Origin: a virus | DNA length: 64,000 nt | Reading direction: 5' to 3' (one strand) | Virus record (IMG/VR): IMGVR_UViG_3300009008_000010 | Coordinates: 56,241-120,240 of that record | In this document: piece by piece, positions 10,461-20,804 of the stretch | Layout of the letters: the number at the start of each line of letters is the position of its first letter | How positions within the stretch are numbered: the first letter of the stretch is position 1 | Notes under the pieces: generated by a model | Told to the model about the DNA's origin: nothing | The model's input: only the letters and a program-made list of their open reading frames with translations | Databases searched by the model: none | Program-made: the position numbers and the translations under genes

Positions 10461-11041
10461 GAATAAGAGCGTTTGTTTTAGATAGACATTCTTTGATTTA
10501 TGTTGTTATATTCAAATCTGCTAGTAGATCCATTGTTGCTGCATGTAAGCAAGTTCACAAAAAGAAGAATATAATATCAATTACTGATGTAGATGAAAAG
10601 TTGTTGAAGTATTCATGGTTTACGTGTGTGCGAAATCCGTGGGATCGTTTGGTGTCATGTTACAGTTTTGCTGCACAACGCAAGAAACTAAAGGCACATT
10701 ATGTCATATTTGAAAAGTCATTGGGATTTGATACAACACCTTCTTGGAATGAGTTTGTAGAGAGGGTGTTGTCGGGCGATCCTTTGAATTCTAATGTGCA
10801 TTTCAGGCCACAAGTGCATAGAATCCCCAATTTGCCGGTGAGGATTCTAAATGTGGAAAGCCTGAATAATGACTGGAAAAAACTGAGAGAAGATTATCCT
10901 TTTATGCCCCCATTGACCCATGAAAACCCAAGTGATCATTCCCATTATTCTACATATTACACGGACGATTTAGCAAAAAGGGTAGGGGAATTTTATAAAG
11001 ATGATATTGATCGTTTTGGGTATAAATTTGAAAGGGAGTAG
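10457..11041 (+). CDS. sulfotransferase family 2 protein
   Basis: KSASRS, FTCVRNPWDRLVSCY, HFRPQ, YKDDIDRFGY. Confidence 0.88.
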   Translation: MRIRAFVLDRHSLIYVVIFKSASRSIVAACKQVHKKKNIISITDVDEKLLKYSWFTCVRNPWDRLVSCYSFAAQRKKLKAHYVIFEKSLGFDTTPSWNEFVERVLSGDPLNSNVHFRPQVHRIPNLPVRILNVESLNNDWKKLREDYPFMPPLTHENPSDHSHYSTYYTDDLAKRVGEFYKDDIDRFGYKFERE

Positions 11042-11042
11042 G

Positions 11043-11228
11043 CTATTTCTTTTTCATTTGTGGTGGACGAATAGAGTTTATTTCTTTATCTCTCATTACT
11101 GGCTTCTTACCCAAGACAAATCCTCTCGCCCTATCACTTGCCAATCTTTTGGATCTATCCTCTGGCTTTTCGTTTTTGGGCACATCTGCTGCGGCTAATT
11201 CAGTCAGCCATTCTTTAAATGTTTTCAT
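11043..11228 (-). CDS. small protein with capsid-targeting-like N-terminus
   Basis: MKTFKEWLTE start. Confidence 0.6.
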   Translation of the reverse strand: MKTFKEWLTELAAADVPKNEKPEDRSKRLASDRARGFVLGKKPVMRDKEINSIRPPQMKKK

Positions 11229-11665
11229 TTTAGACCTTTAATGAATTTTTCCCACTGTTCGTGATCATGGATGACAATTTTATTTTTGGCATATGTGTTG
11301 GCGTATGCGTGGCAAAATAATTCTTCTGGGTTCTGATTTTGGTGGTCCTCTTTGGTCTTTTTTACTACTTTGGCCCATTTATCTTGAATGGGTTTTTCTA
11401 ATGTAGCCCAAACCAGATGTGCTAATTCATGCAAAAGCGTGAATTCTCGACCGTAATTCCAAGGGGACGCTATGGTTACTGTTTTGGCTTTTGTGTCAAT
11501 ACAGCCCACATGTTCATTGTCATTAGGCAAGGTATTCCCGCCTTTGAAGTTGAATTTGAACCCTTTTATTAGCGCAGCGTGTTTGGCAGGCAATTTGGAG
11601 ATTGTCTGCTTGATTTCGCTTTTGTAACTATCTTCCGACTCTGTGAGAAATTGTTTAAATGTCAT
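11225..11665 (-). CDS. putative zincin metallopeptidase with capsid-targeting-like N-terminus
   Basis: MTFKQFLTE start; LLHELAH and PEELFC motifs. Confidence 0.65.
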   Translation of the reverse strand: MTFKQFLTESEDSYKSEIKQTISKLPAKHAALIKGFKFNFKGGNTLPNDNEHVGCIDTKAKTVTIASPWNYGREFTLLHELAHLVWATLEKPIQDKWAKVVKKTKEDHQNQNPEELFCHAYANTYAKNKIVIHDHEQWEKFIKGLK

Positions 11666-12045
11666 TTTGGCGTAATAAAATCATTCATTGCTCCACCTAG
11701 TCTGTTCTGGACACTGCTGAGCTTGTTTACATCTCTTTGGGTTTTGTTAGCATAAAAATTAGCTTTTCCCATTGATTTGAGTCCTTGAATCGCATTTTGG
11801 TATCGATCTGGCATATGGGTTTTCATATTTGCGATTTCTTCTGGTGATAATTGATAATGCTGCATTATTAGTTGGTCATAATTTTGCCCTGGCGATTCAC
11901 CGCCGCCGCCACCGATGCCGCCACCGATGCCCATTGCACCAGCGGCCAATGCACCACCTACCGCTGCTCTTTTTGCCCATTTTCGCCAATCTTCATTGAA
12001 AAAATCAGGGTGTTCGTTATCTAAAAATTCATAAAATGTTCTCAT
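11662..12045 (-). CDS. Gly-rich protein with capsid-targeting-like N-terminus
   Basis: MRTFYEFLDNE start; hydrophobic Ala/Gly segment. Confidence 0.6.
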   Translation of the reverse strand: MRTFYEFLDNEHPDFFNEDWRKWAKRAAVGGALAAGAMGIGGGIGGGGGESPGQNYDQLIMQHYQLSPEEIANMKTHMPDRYQNAIQGLKSMGKANFYANKTQRDVNKLSSVQNRLGGAMNDFITPK

Positions 12046-12113
12046 GTTGAATCCTTTATAATTGTATTGTTCTTATTTATATATAGTAGCAACTCCTTTT
12101 TGAAAGGAATTTG

Positions 12114-12782
12114 ATGGCAAGAACTAAAAAAGCTAATGGTGGGAGTATCCCTAAATTTCATATCAACTTTTTAAATGACTCACAAAAATTAGCATATGGG
12201 GTGTATCAACAGCATGATATAGTCATTATGACAGGCCCCGCAGGAACAGGGAAAACACACTTGGCCTCAGCATTTGCAATTGCTGATGTGTTAAGTAAGA
12301 AAAAGAGGCGGATTATTCTTACAAGACCAGTAGTGGAAGCTGGTGAGCGATTAGGTTTTCTCCCAGGAACTTTAGAAGAAAAAATAAATCCTTATGTGAT
12401 GCCAGTGTATGATTGTTTTAAAAAAATGGTAGGAAACGGCAATACCGAGCAGTTTGAAAACTTTCTTGACACATATGTAGAAGTTGCACCAATAGCGTAT
12501 ATGAGAGGTAGAACTTTCGATGACGCTGTGTGTATTTTTGATGAAGCCCAAAATGCTGAGTATTCACAATTGAAGTTGTTTCTAACTAGATTTGGACAAA
12601 ACAGTAAAATAATTATCACTGGAGATCCGAGACAAAGCGATTTACCAGGGGATAACGTGCCTTTGGTGGATATTACAGCTAGGATTGAAACTGTTCCAGG
12701 TATCGGCATAGTTAGGTTCTCAGAAGACTCAATTGTGCGACATGCGCTTGTTTCTGAGATTTTGAAAAAATTAGAGGCGTAA
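12114..12782 (+). CDS. phoH: PhoH family ATPase
   Basis: GPAGTGKT, RPVVEAGERLGFLPG, YMRGRTF, DEAQN, TGDPRQSD. Confidence 0.96.
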   Translation: MARTKKANGGSIPKFHINFLNDSQKLAYGVYQQHDIVIMTGPAGTGKTHLASAFAIADVLSKKKRRIILTRPVVEAGERLGFLPGTLEEKINPYVMPVYDCFKKMVGNGNTEQFENFLDTYVEVAPIAYMRGRTFDDAVCIFDEAQNAEYSQLKLFLTRFGQNSKIIITGDPRQSDLPGDNVPLVDITARIETVPGIGIVRFSEDSIVRHALVSEILKKLEA

Positions 12783-12811
12783 TTCATATCGTTTTATATT
12801 TATCATAAATT

Positions 12812-12842
12812 GAACCCCTCACAGATTTGTGGGGGGTTCTTT
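12812..12842 (+). terminator. intrinsic terminator-like hairpin
   Basis: GAACCCCTCACAGA/TTTGTGGGGGGTTC inverted repeat followed by Ts. Confidence 0.6.
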
Positions 12843-12855
12843 CATAAATAGCTTT

Positions 12856-15800
12856 ATGAGCAGTGGAAATATATTAGACATATCATCATGGACAGTGGGA
12901 ACAGGCAGTGTTACTCATTTTTCTGCTTATGGCGATGGCAATGAGAGTCACAGGTTTCTAGCTGATGATCCTTTTGGCAATACGGCTGTTGTATGGGAGG
13001 CTCGTCCCACGTTGGGTGATAATTTAGGTGGTGGTTTTACTGGTGGCGATATATCCATCATGGCTGACCACAACAGCATGTATCGTTTCTCCGTTTGGGG
13101 AAAAAGAACTGTTACGGGCACCGCTTATAATGGTTTTGGTCTGACGACCACTACAGGTGTATATCGACGTAGTACCGGCCAGCTAATGGGAACAGGATCA
13201 GTTTTCATGGTGTATGATGGTGGGGCTTTGAATGAGTGGCTGTTGATGGTGGGTTTTGTTTGGCCAAGCGGGTCGGGCATGGGCGCTTTTCATGCTGATT
13301 CAGGAATTTATAACACTTCTGGGAAAATAGCAGATGTTTCTGAAGAATATGTTTGGGAAACTACAAACACCGCATTAAGGTGTCGTAATGTTCTTTATCA
13401 ACCACTTGATGCAGCTACTAGACACCGATGGGTTTATCCTAGAATTGATTTGGTGACTGGTGATGAACCAACCGTAGAAGAGTTGCTCAGTCATTCAATG
13501 GGCCAAACTGGGGCAGTTAGCGGTGGTGTAGCGGCCCCAACCACGACTTATGGTTTTATGCCTTCTGGTGGTGCAACCGTTGCTGGTTGGACTCAATATC
13601 CAACAAAAATAATTTCTGGTGAAACTGATGGAAGGTTTGGTCTTAGTGTATCTATTTCTAATGAGGGTGATACTGCGGCTATTGGTGCCCCAGATGAAGA
13701 TTCTGTTTATATTTTCACAAAATCAGCAAGTGGAGTTTGGTCTGAGCAACAAAAAATAACCAGTTCTGTAGCTGACAGCGCTTTTGGTGCTTCTGTAGCT
13801 GTTTCAGGAGATGGTAATACAGTTGTTATTGGATCTCCCGCATATGATTCTCTTCCCCAAATAACTAACCGAGGCATTGTTTATGTGTATAAAAGATCGG
13901 GTGGGGTTTGGACTCGCCAAAAGATAATTTATTGTGGTGATGCAAAAATCGATCCCAACCACCCTTCGGGCGAACAATTTGGGCATGAAGTGGCTATTAG
14001 CGGTGATACTATAGTAATTAGCGCCAGATTTGCGGATTCATCTTGGGATGATTACGATACTGTGGGAGGGGTTTATGTTCATACAGAATCAAGTGGTTGG
14101 GCACGTCAGCAAAGGTTGCACGCTGATGATTTTGGGAATAATTGGGGATTTAATGTTGTAGACATTTCTGGTGATACAATTATTGTAGGTGCGACTGGGG
14201 CCAATAGTGTTGGTGCTGCTTATGTTTTTACAAGATCAGGTGAAACTTGGACCCAACAACAGAAGTTGACTGTTAGCGAAAATAGTTTTGGTGCTAGTGT
14301 TTCCATCTCTAATGATGGAAACACAGCAGCTATTGGGTCTGAGGATAGCGTTTATACTTTTGTAAAATCGGGTGCAACTTGGTCTGAGCAACAAAAAATA
14401 ACTCCTAGTGATGCTGAGTTTGGAGATCAATTTGGCGACTCTGGGTGTGTTTCAATTTCTAGTAATGGAAATGCATTGATTGTTGGTGACATATATGAAG
14501 GCGATCCAGTTCAACAACTCTCTACAGGTGCCGCTTATATTTTCAAAAGATCAGGTGGCACTTGGACCCAACAGAAAAGATTGCTCGCAAGTGATGCTCA
14601 AGCCGGGGATGGATTTGGTCGTGTAGCTATTTCCGGTAACGGCAACGATACATTGGTAGGTGCATTATTTGCTGATGGAAATGATGGGGCTGCGTACTTC
14701 TTCTCAGAATCACCAATGGCTAGTGTAAGTCAAATTGACTTTGAAACTGGTGCTGGTGGTGCAGTAGTGGGTGGCTCTGTAAGTATTTTAAATGAAATTA
14801 ATCCTTCTGGTGGTGTAGTTGTAAGTGGAACTGCACCTTATGCTTATGGGTACGGCATTTCTGGTGGAGTGGTTGTTGGAGGAGATGTCGATCCAACTTA
14901 CATTGATTTTGAAACTAGCTCTGGCGGTGCGGTAACAGGTGGATCTGCAAGTTTGGTGCATGAAGAAGCCGCACACGGCGGCGCTGTTGTTGGTGGTTCC
15001 TCGCCTGCTGCTTATAGTTATCCAATTTCTGGCGGGGCTGTTACTGGCGGAACTGTTCAAATAAATATGTCAGATTCCGAGACTGGTTCTGGCGGTGCGG
15101 TGACAGGCGGATCTGCCAAGGTCAGTTTGATTGTTGCTGAAGAAGGAAGTGGTGGTGTAGTCGTAAATGGCACTGCCTCACATGCTTACGGGTACGCCAT
15201 TTCAGGCGGCGTAGTTGTTAATGGTGAAGCAGATGTTGATGATAGTTGGTATGTTCCCAGTAAGGGTGCTGAGGGTGGAGACGAGAGTGTAGATACGCAA
15301 GAAGAAGATGAAATTGCCACACACACCTTCGATGCAGAGAAAACATTTGAGTATCACGCTGGTTCTTGTGTTCCATTTTATTGGCAAGTAGAGAGCAGGT
15401 GCCGTCCTGTTAAGTGTGTTATTTGGGGCGAGAATCAATGGACGGTTGTTGAATATGATTATGTTCTGCCTACTCTGGAGTGCGAACGCAAGCAAATGGC
15501 TATAATTATGGCTTGCACTTTTGCAGAGGTTTGCAAAAAAATGGCTCTAAGGGGATTTAGATTTCCTATCGAAAAGGTTTTAAGATTTACACAACCTGCT
15601 AGAACAGGCGATTCAGCCAATCCAAATCATTTTGATGGTTGTGGCACTTATGTTCAAGAATATCCACCAGTGGATGGAGGTTCAGATATACCTCTTGATT
15701 GTTTAGATTTTCTGTTAGAGGGCGAAATAGAATCTGATTGGGGAGTGTTTACCCGTGTAGAATGGGCTGGGACTAGCATAGCAAATGGTGGCGTTGAGGT

Positions 15801-16641
15801 TGGTGGCGATGCTGATATAAAAACAGATAGACGTTCCATGAATGTCACTGGCGGCGTTGTAGTGGGTGGCACAGGAAGCAATTATCTTGGTGACTTTAGC
15901 ACAACTTGGGGTGGTTATTCTGAATTAATCAGCATAGAAGGAGAATTTACCACTCAACAGGGTGAACCGTTGTTGCCTGGAACTGGTTTAGTGATTGATG
16001 AATGTTCTTGTGATTCATTGCCTATTCAAGTTGCCATGACTCATAATTTAAATGATTCTCTTAAAATACAGCAATTTTTGACAAGGAATGCCGAAGAATT
16101 TCCTGAAAGAATCACTCTTTATCACAATAAGGTAAACTACTCCTGGCAGGCGAATATTCATTTTCAAGGATGGGCTGCTGACGGGGTAACTCAGGAAACG
16201 TGGGATTTCCTTTTTGAGTGGGCATGTGTTGCTGAAGTGGGAAATATACCATTGGGCAACACATGGAAATGGAGCATGTATGTTAAACAGAGGAACCTTT
16301 CAACTGGGGAAGATTTTGATACAAGGATTCTTTTAGTTTTTGATTCTACTTTGGTCTGTCCTCCTCACCTGGGTCTTAGACACATATTTTCTCTAAACAC
16401 GGAAGAACTTACATGGTCATTCGCATCACCGATAGGCACATATGATGCTAATGTTAATTTAAACGTTTGTACCGATAATGCTGGCATATTTAAATCTCCA
16501 CAGTGGTTAAGGAGTCCTGTTTTTAAGATTGGGGTCATTCCACAGGGCACGCTCGGTAGAACTACAGTCACCAACATTAATAATGATATTTTCAAAGATC
16601 GTACTGTATTAACAAGTGGTCCTAGTGTCCCCGTGAGGTAG
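12856..16641 (+). CDS. large FG-GAP repeat beta-propeller protein, probable virion fibre/adhesin
   Basis: About 7 FGxSVxISGxGxTxxIGA repeats, many GGAVVGG/GGVVVxG repeats, Cys-rich C-terminus; CATAAATA just upstream. Confidence 0.75.
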   Translation: MSSGNILDISSWTVGTGSVTHFSAYGDGNESHRFLADDPFGNTAVVWEARPTLGDNLGGGFTGGDISIMADHNSMYRFSVWGKRTVTGTAYNGFGLTTTTGVYRRSTGQLMGTGSVFMVYDGGALNEWLLMVGFVWPSGSGMGAFHADSGIYNTSGKIADVSEEYVWETTNTALRCRNVLYQPLDAATRHRWVYPRIDLVTGDEPTVEELLSHSMGQTGAVSGGVAAPTTTYGFMPSGGATVAGWTQYPTKIISGETDGRFGLSVSISNEGDTAAIGAPDEDSVYIFTKSASGVWSEQQKITSSVADSAFGASVAVSGDGNTVVIGSPAYDSLPQITNRGIVYVYKRSGGVWTRQKIIYCGDAKIDPNHPSGEQFGHEVAISGDTIVISARFADSSWDDYDTVGGVYVHTESSGWARQQRLHADDFGNNWGFNVVDISGDTIIVGATGANSVGAAYVFTRSGETWTQQQKLTVSENSFGASVSISNDGNTAAIGSEDSVYTFVKSGATWSEQQKITPSDAEFGDQFGDSGCVSISSNGNALIVGDIYEGDPVQQLSTGAAYIFKRSGGTWTQQKRLLASDAQAGDGFGRVAISGNGNDTLVGALFADGNDGAAYFFSESPMASVSQIDFETGAGGAVVGGSVSILNEINPSGGVVVSGTAPYAYGYGISGGVVVGGDVDPTYIDFETSSGGAVTGGSASLVHEEAAHGGAVVGGSSPAAYSYPISGGAVTGGTVQINMSDSETGSGGAVTGGSAKVSLIVAEEGSGGVVVNGTASHAYGYAISGGVVVNGEADVDDSWYVPSKGAEGGDESVDTQEEDEIATHTFDAEKTFEYHAGSCVPFYWQVESRCRPVKCVIWGENQWTVVEYDYVLPTLECERKQMAIIMACTFAEVCKKMALRGFRFPIEKVLRFTQPARTGDSANPNHFDGCGTYVQEYPPVDGGSDIPLDCLDFLLEGEIESDWGVFTRVEWAGTSIANGGVEVGGDADIKTDRRSMNVTGGVVVGGTGSNYLGDFSTTWGGYSELISIEGEFTTQQGEPLLPGTGLVIDECSCDSLPIQVAMTHNLNDSLKIQQFLTRNAEEFPERITLYHNKVNYSWQANIHFQGWAADGVTQETWDFLFEWACVAEVGNIPLGNTWKWSMYVKQRNLSTGEDFDTRILLVFDSTLVCPPHLGLRHIFSLNTEELTWSFASPIGTYDANVNLNVCTDNAGIFKSPQWLRSPVFKIGVIPQGTLGRTTVTNINNDIFKDRTVLTSGPSVPVR

Positions 16642-16979
16642 TAATGGAAATATTTTTACTGACAGTAATATTGCTGATATTGATATTTGACACTGTATCC
16701 ACAGTTCTTGTTGGAGCGGCAACGGCTAGGAATACCGAAAACATAGAGGCAATTGCTATGGTCCTCTTGCAATCGAGAAAACCGAGCGATGCCCCAGCAG
16801 GCCATCGTTATGATCCAGGCAGTCAACTGGATGATTTACAAACACAAGAGACGCTTTTAGAGCCAAAACCAGAAGACCTCCCTGAACTTCGCAAATGATC
16901 TTGATTTTTTCTGGAGAATACAGGAGAATACATCAGAATGCGATAGACTATAACTGATGGTTTTTGAGGATTTTGAAAA

Positions 16980-17885
16980 ATGGTACGATTCATTCTTCTT
17001 CTAGCAATTTTGTTTTCATGTGGTGCGGTCAATGCTCAGGATCGTCCTGTTCCCATTCCTGTCATCTATGAGGGAACTGTCAAAATAGAATCCGAAGATC
17101 CTCAATTGAAGGATTTGGTGTGGCATCGCTGGACGGCAGGGAAGTTCACCATTCTTGCTTTGAATGACCAGCAAGGTAAATATCTGGCACAAAACGTCAA
17201 CAATATAAAATACTGGGCTTTAAGCAGGTGGGGATTGCCAGATGTGCCTCTTTCAGCAGAATGTCGCCTCTTGTGCGTCTATGACGCCCAATTAATGAAC
17301 AAGCTATTTCGTTTAACTCGTTCCAGAGTTGAGACTAGGAAAGAGAATTCACAAATAAAGATGTATGCCGGATGGTTGCTTACGAATGCCGATCCATCTG
17401 TCACGTTACCTGTCCCCTTGACTCAAGTTTGCTTGAGTCAAGTGGATCAGGTTTATGGTTTGGGGTTGGGATTTTGGGCCAAGAGGGGGTTTGGACAACT
17501 TAATTTACCTGTTGCAAAAATTAAAGAAGAGATTGTTGCATTGCACCAGCATTTGACAACAGGAAAAAGCGTTTATTTCTCAAAAACGCTTCTCAACATG
17601 GAACAATCAAGCTATGACAAGTTGAGTGACGAAGACAAGAATTTATTTGACAGACAATGTATGGTCATGGTGCTTCTTTTGAGGAAGGAGTTTGGACAGC
17701 AAAAACTGCACGCTTTTATGAATTCGGATAATAATAACCCTGAATTGCTTTTAAGAAGGGTGTATTTATTTCGAGATTATAGTCAGTTTGATGTTAGTTT
17801 AATGCGTTATATGGGTGACTTATGCAAAGATGTTCTCAACTCCAAAACTCCAGATTCCTATTTAAGTATTACTCCAGCAAAGTGA
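16980..17885 (+). CDS. exported hypothetical protein
   Basis: Signal-peptide-like N-terminus; 301 aa. Confidence 0.6.
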   Translation: MVRFILLLAILFSCGAVNAQDRPVPIPVIYEGTVKIESEDPQLKDLVWHRWTAGKFTILALNDQQGKYLAQNVNNIKYWALSRWGLPDVPLSAECRLLCVYDAQLMNKLFRLTRSRVETRKENSQIKMYAGWLLTNADPSVTLPVPLTQVCLSQVDQVYGLGLGFWAKRGFGQLNLPVAKIKEEIVALHQHLTTGKSVYFSKTLLNMEQSSYDKLSDEDKNLFDRQCMVMVLLLRKEFGQQKLHAFMNSDNNNPELLLRRVYLFRDYSQFDVSLMRYMGDLCKDVLNSKTPDSYLSITPAK

Positions 17886-17929
17886 GAGGCATCTATACTA
17901 AATAGATGTAGGCTAACAAAGGAGGTTTT

Positions 17930-18226
17930 ATGGGAGTTTTTTCAGTCGTAATGTGGTTAATTTACGGCCTTATCGTAGGTTTATTTGCGAAAGCATTGCA
18001 CCCTGGCGATGATCCTGTGGGATTTTTACCTACAATCGGAGTAGGTGTAGCAGGTTCTTTTGTTGGTGGCTTGATAAATTATGTTTTAGGTAACGGTTCA
18101 AGTCCTCTACAATCATCTGGCATCCTTATGGGCGTCATAGGTGGTGTGATTTTTTTGGTGATTTTCCGATGGGGCAAACTAAAATATAGTGGTAGAAGTT
18201 TCTGGACCGGGAGACGTTTATATTGA
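17930..18226 (+). CDS. GlsB/YeaQ/YmgE family membrane protein
   Basis: WLIYGLIVGLFAKALHPG...TIGVGVAGSFVGG. Confidence 0.85.
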   Translation: MGVFSVVMWLIYGLIVGLFAKALHPGDDPVGFLPTIGVGVAGSFVGGLINYVLGNGSSPLQSSGILMGVIGGVIFLVIFRWGKLKYSGRSFWTGRRLY

Positions 18227-18449
18227 TTTCTGAGGAAATAACCTTAGCATTAAGGAAACGATATTCGGAAATTCCACCTTTAATTTTTCAAAGATCGGTG
18301 GATAGGGCTAGAAATGATACTGAACTTTTTGATATATTGGAGGGAATACCAAAGAAGTATCCATTAGTTTGGTGTGATAAGAAACGTTGCTGGACAACAG
18401 CAAAGGACTTGTTAGCGACATGGAGTTTCGATTTCGGGAGGATTAAAAA

Positions 18450-19184
18450 ATGAACGCATTAGTTGCAGTCGCATTACTAACAGTAGGACAGTGTGGTAGT
18501 GGTGGGGTTTATTACTCCCAACCTGTTTACACTCAAGCCTACACCTATACCGCGCCAGCCGTGGTATATAGCGAACCCGTTGTTCATTACAAAATCTGTA
18601 ATGAAGGGAAGATTTACTCAAAGTTTTACGTGCCAGTGAAGATGCCTAATGGCAGGACCATTAAAGTTCCTGTGATTAATGGTATGCTTCCCCGCGTAAG
18701 AACTGTATACCAAGGTGGTTATGAGCATAGGATTTGCACATATAATACTGGGGTATATTTTAAAGGTGGTGTTCCTCAATACCATACGGCAACAAGTGCC
18801 ACGCAAACGAATGGCACTAACGGACATTCATTGCCCGCAACGCCTATGAGAGAAACTTCACCAGCAGATGTTATAAGGGATGTGCCTCAAACGCCATCTC
18901 GCACATCATCGAATGGTCGGGCTGTTATAAATCACCCGCCCAAGTTGCAGGAGATGCCACGTAGAGATACAGATCAGTCTTCGGAACTTGATAAAAAGAT
19001 GGTTCCTGTCACTCCTTTAAGAAGCACTCTTGAAGTGAGAGAAGTGCCAGCACCTACACCTAAAAGGGTTATTCCTAAATTGGATGCACCAACAGATAGG
19101 GTAGAGGGCTTTGGAAAAGAACCTTATCAGTTTAAAACCTCAGACGAACCTGACTTTACGAGGGAATTTCCCAAATACGAATAG
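18450..19184 (+). CDS. exported Pro-rich hypothetical protein
   Basis: Signal-like N-terminus, Y/P-rich. Confidence 0.55.
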   Translation: MNALVAVALLTVGQCGSGGVYYSQPVYTQAYTYTAPAVVYSEPVVHYKICNEGKIYSKFYVPVKMPNGRTIKVPVINGMLPRVRTVYQGGYEHRICTYNTGVYFKGGVPQYHTATSATQTNGTNGHSLPATPMRETSPADVIRDVPQTPSRTSSNGRAVINHPPKLQEMPRRDTDQSSELDKKMVPVTPLRSTLEVREVPAPTPKRVIPKLDAPTDRVEGFGKEPYQFKTSDEPDFTREFPKYE

Positions 19185-19298
19185 AAAACAAATGAATAGC
19201 GTAAGCAGTCCCGAAGGCACTCCACAAGTGGGAGATTAAGTTCATCCACGGTTGGAGAGTCTCGCAGGCTGCTTTTTTAATTTACAAGGGCGAAAGAA

Positions 19299-20417
19299 AT
19301 GAAAGGACGAAAGCGAGTTTTACTAACTGGCTCTGGTGGTTTTATCGGAGCGCACTGTGTTGAATACTTCCTAGACAACACTAAATGGGATCTAATTTGC
19401 CTGGATTCTTTCCGACATAAAGGCACCCACCGTAGAACCCAAGATGTTGTCGGTGAGGAAAAATTAAAAGAGGCGATGGCTAGTGGTCGCCTTCTGATGT
19501 TAAAACATGATCTGTCCGTTCCCATTGATCCTCAACTAGAGAATTTGATAATGGACAGACAAATTGACGACCGTGGAAACATTGTCGAATCAAAATTGGA
19601 TTACATCATCAATATGGCAAGCGAGAGTGCAGTTGAGCGCTCGGTTGATGATCCAACTCCATGTCTAAGAAACAATTACGAGCTTGTCATAAACATGCTG
19701 GAATTTGCCCGTCGTGTGAAGCCCAGCATTTTTTATCAGGTTAGCACCGATGAAGTATATGGAGAGGCACAGCCTGATCAAGCCCATACCGAATGGGACG
19801 TGATTATGCCTTCTAATCCGTATGCCGCCAGTAAGGCCGCACAAGAAGCTGTGGCTATTTCTTACTGGAGAAGTTATGATGTTCCTGTAGTCCTTACTAA
19901 TACCATGAACAATTTTGGGGAAGGACAAGATCCAGAAAAATTTATTCCCAAGATTGTAAAGATGGTAGCGTCGGGTAAAGAGATGCCTGTTTATGCTGAT
20001 ATGGCCGAAGCAGATCGCGCTGACTTTATCAGCAACCACCAAGAAGGCGACGAGTTTTGGAATATTGGTGCAAGGTATTATTTACATGCCAAAAACCATG
20101 CAGACGTATTCGTGTTCTTATCTCAGTTTGAACCTGCGATGTATCGAGATGGTGCTTTGCGTCCCGATAGATATAATGTGTGTGGCGACGTTGAATTCAA
20201 CAACTTAGAAATGGCTCAGATGATCGCCAAATTTGTTGGTAAAGAGCTTAAATATAAATTAGTTCCTTCTGAATCAGCCCGGAAAGGTTATGATCGCCGT
20301 TATGCCTTAGATGGCACCTGTTTGAGGAAGATGGGGTGGAAGATGCCTCTCACTTTCGAGGAGAGCATCGAGCAAGTTGTGCGGTGGACTTTGAATAATC
20401 CACATTGGGCTGTTTAA
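19299..20417 (+). CDS. dTDP-glucose 4,6-dehydratase-like NAD-dependent epimerase
   Basis: TGSGGFIG, STDEVYG, PSNPYAASKA, NNFGEGQDPEKFIP, DRRYALD. Confidence 0.92.
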   Translation: MKGRKRVLLTGSGGFIGAHCVEYFLDNTKWDLICLDSFRHKGTHRRTQDVVGEEKLKEAMASGRLLMLKHDLSVPIDPQLENLIMDRQIDDRGNIVESKLDYIINMASESAVERSVDDPTPCLRNNYELVINMLEFARRVKPSIFYQVSTDEVYGEAQPDQAHTEWDVIMPSNPYAASKAAQEAVAISYWRSYDVPVVLTNTMNNFGEGQDPEKFIPKIVKMVASGKEMPVYADMAEADRADFISNHQEGDEFWNIGARYYLHAKNHADVFVFLSQFEPAMYRDGALRPDRYNVCGDVEFNNLEMAQMIAKFVGKELKYKLVPSESARKGYDRRYALDGTCLRKMGWKMPLTFEESIEQVVRWTLNNPHWAV

Positions 20418-20421
20418 CATA

Positions 20422-20457
20422 GAGCCTTGGGGAGCTTCCCCAAGGCTCACTTTTTTT
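20422..20457 (+). terminator. intrinsic terminator
   Basis: GAGCCTTGGGG/CCCCAAGGCTC hairpin plus T7. Confidence 0.8.
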
Positions 20458-20483
20458 CACTTCTCCGATTTCTATGCTATAAT
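20456..20483 (+). promoter_or_regulatory. extended -10 sigma70-like promoter
   Basis: TGCTATAAT with TTCACT 16 nt upstream of the -10. Confidence 0.55.
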
Positions 20484-20804
20484 AGTTGTCATGGGAAAAA
20501 ATTGGAGGTTCAAACCAGAAGGGGATGAAATGAAGGAATTCGCCCGTCAGTTCATGTTTGGGGAGTGTTGGTGCTTGACTGCGCCTGCATCCGTGATCAG
20601 CGTGTTGGCGACGTGTTATTGGTTTGGCGCGTATAGTTTGTTGGTTGGGTTTGGGGTGATGGTAATTCTCAGAACGATTATGGCCTTCGCATATTTGGAT
20701 GAACCCAAATCAGAGGAAAAAGAAAAAACCATTTCCTCAGTAAGTTTTGTTGTTACTCAGCGTGGTGCTGAGTCAAGTGTTGGAAAAGTAGGAGTAGGAA
20801 GTAA

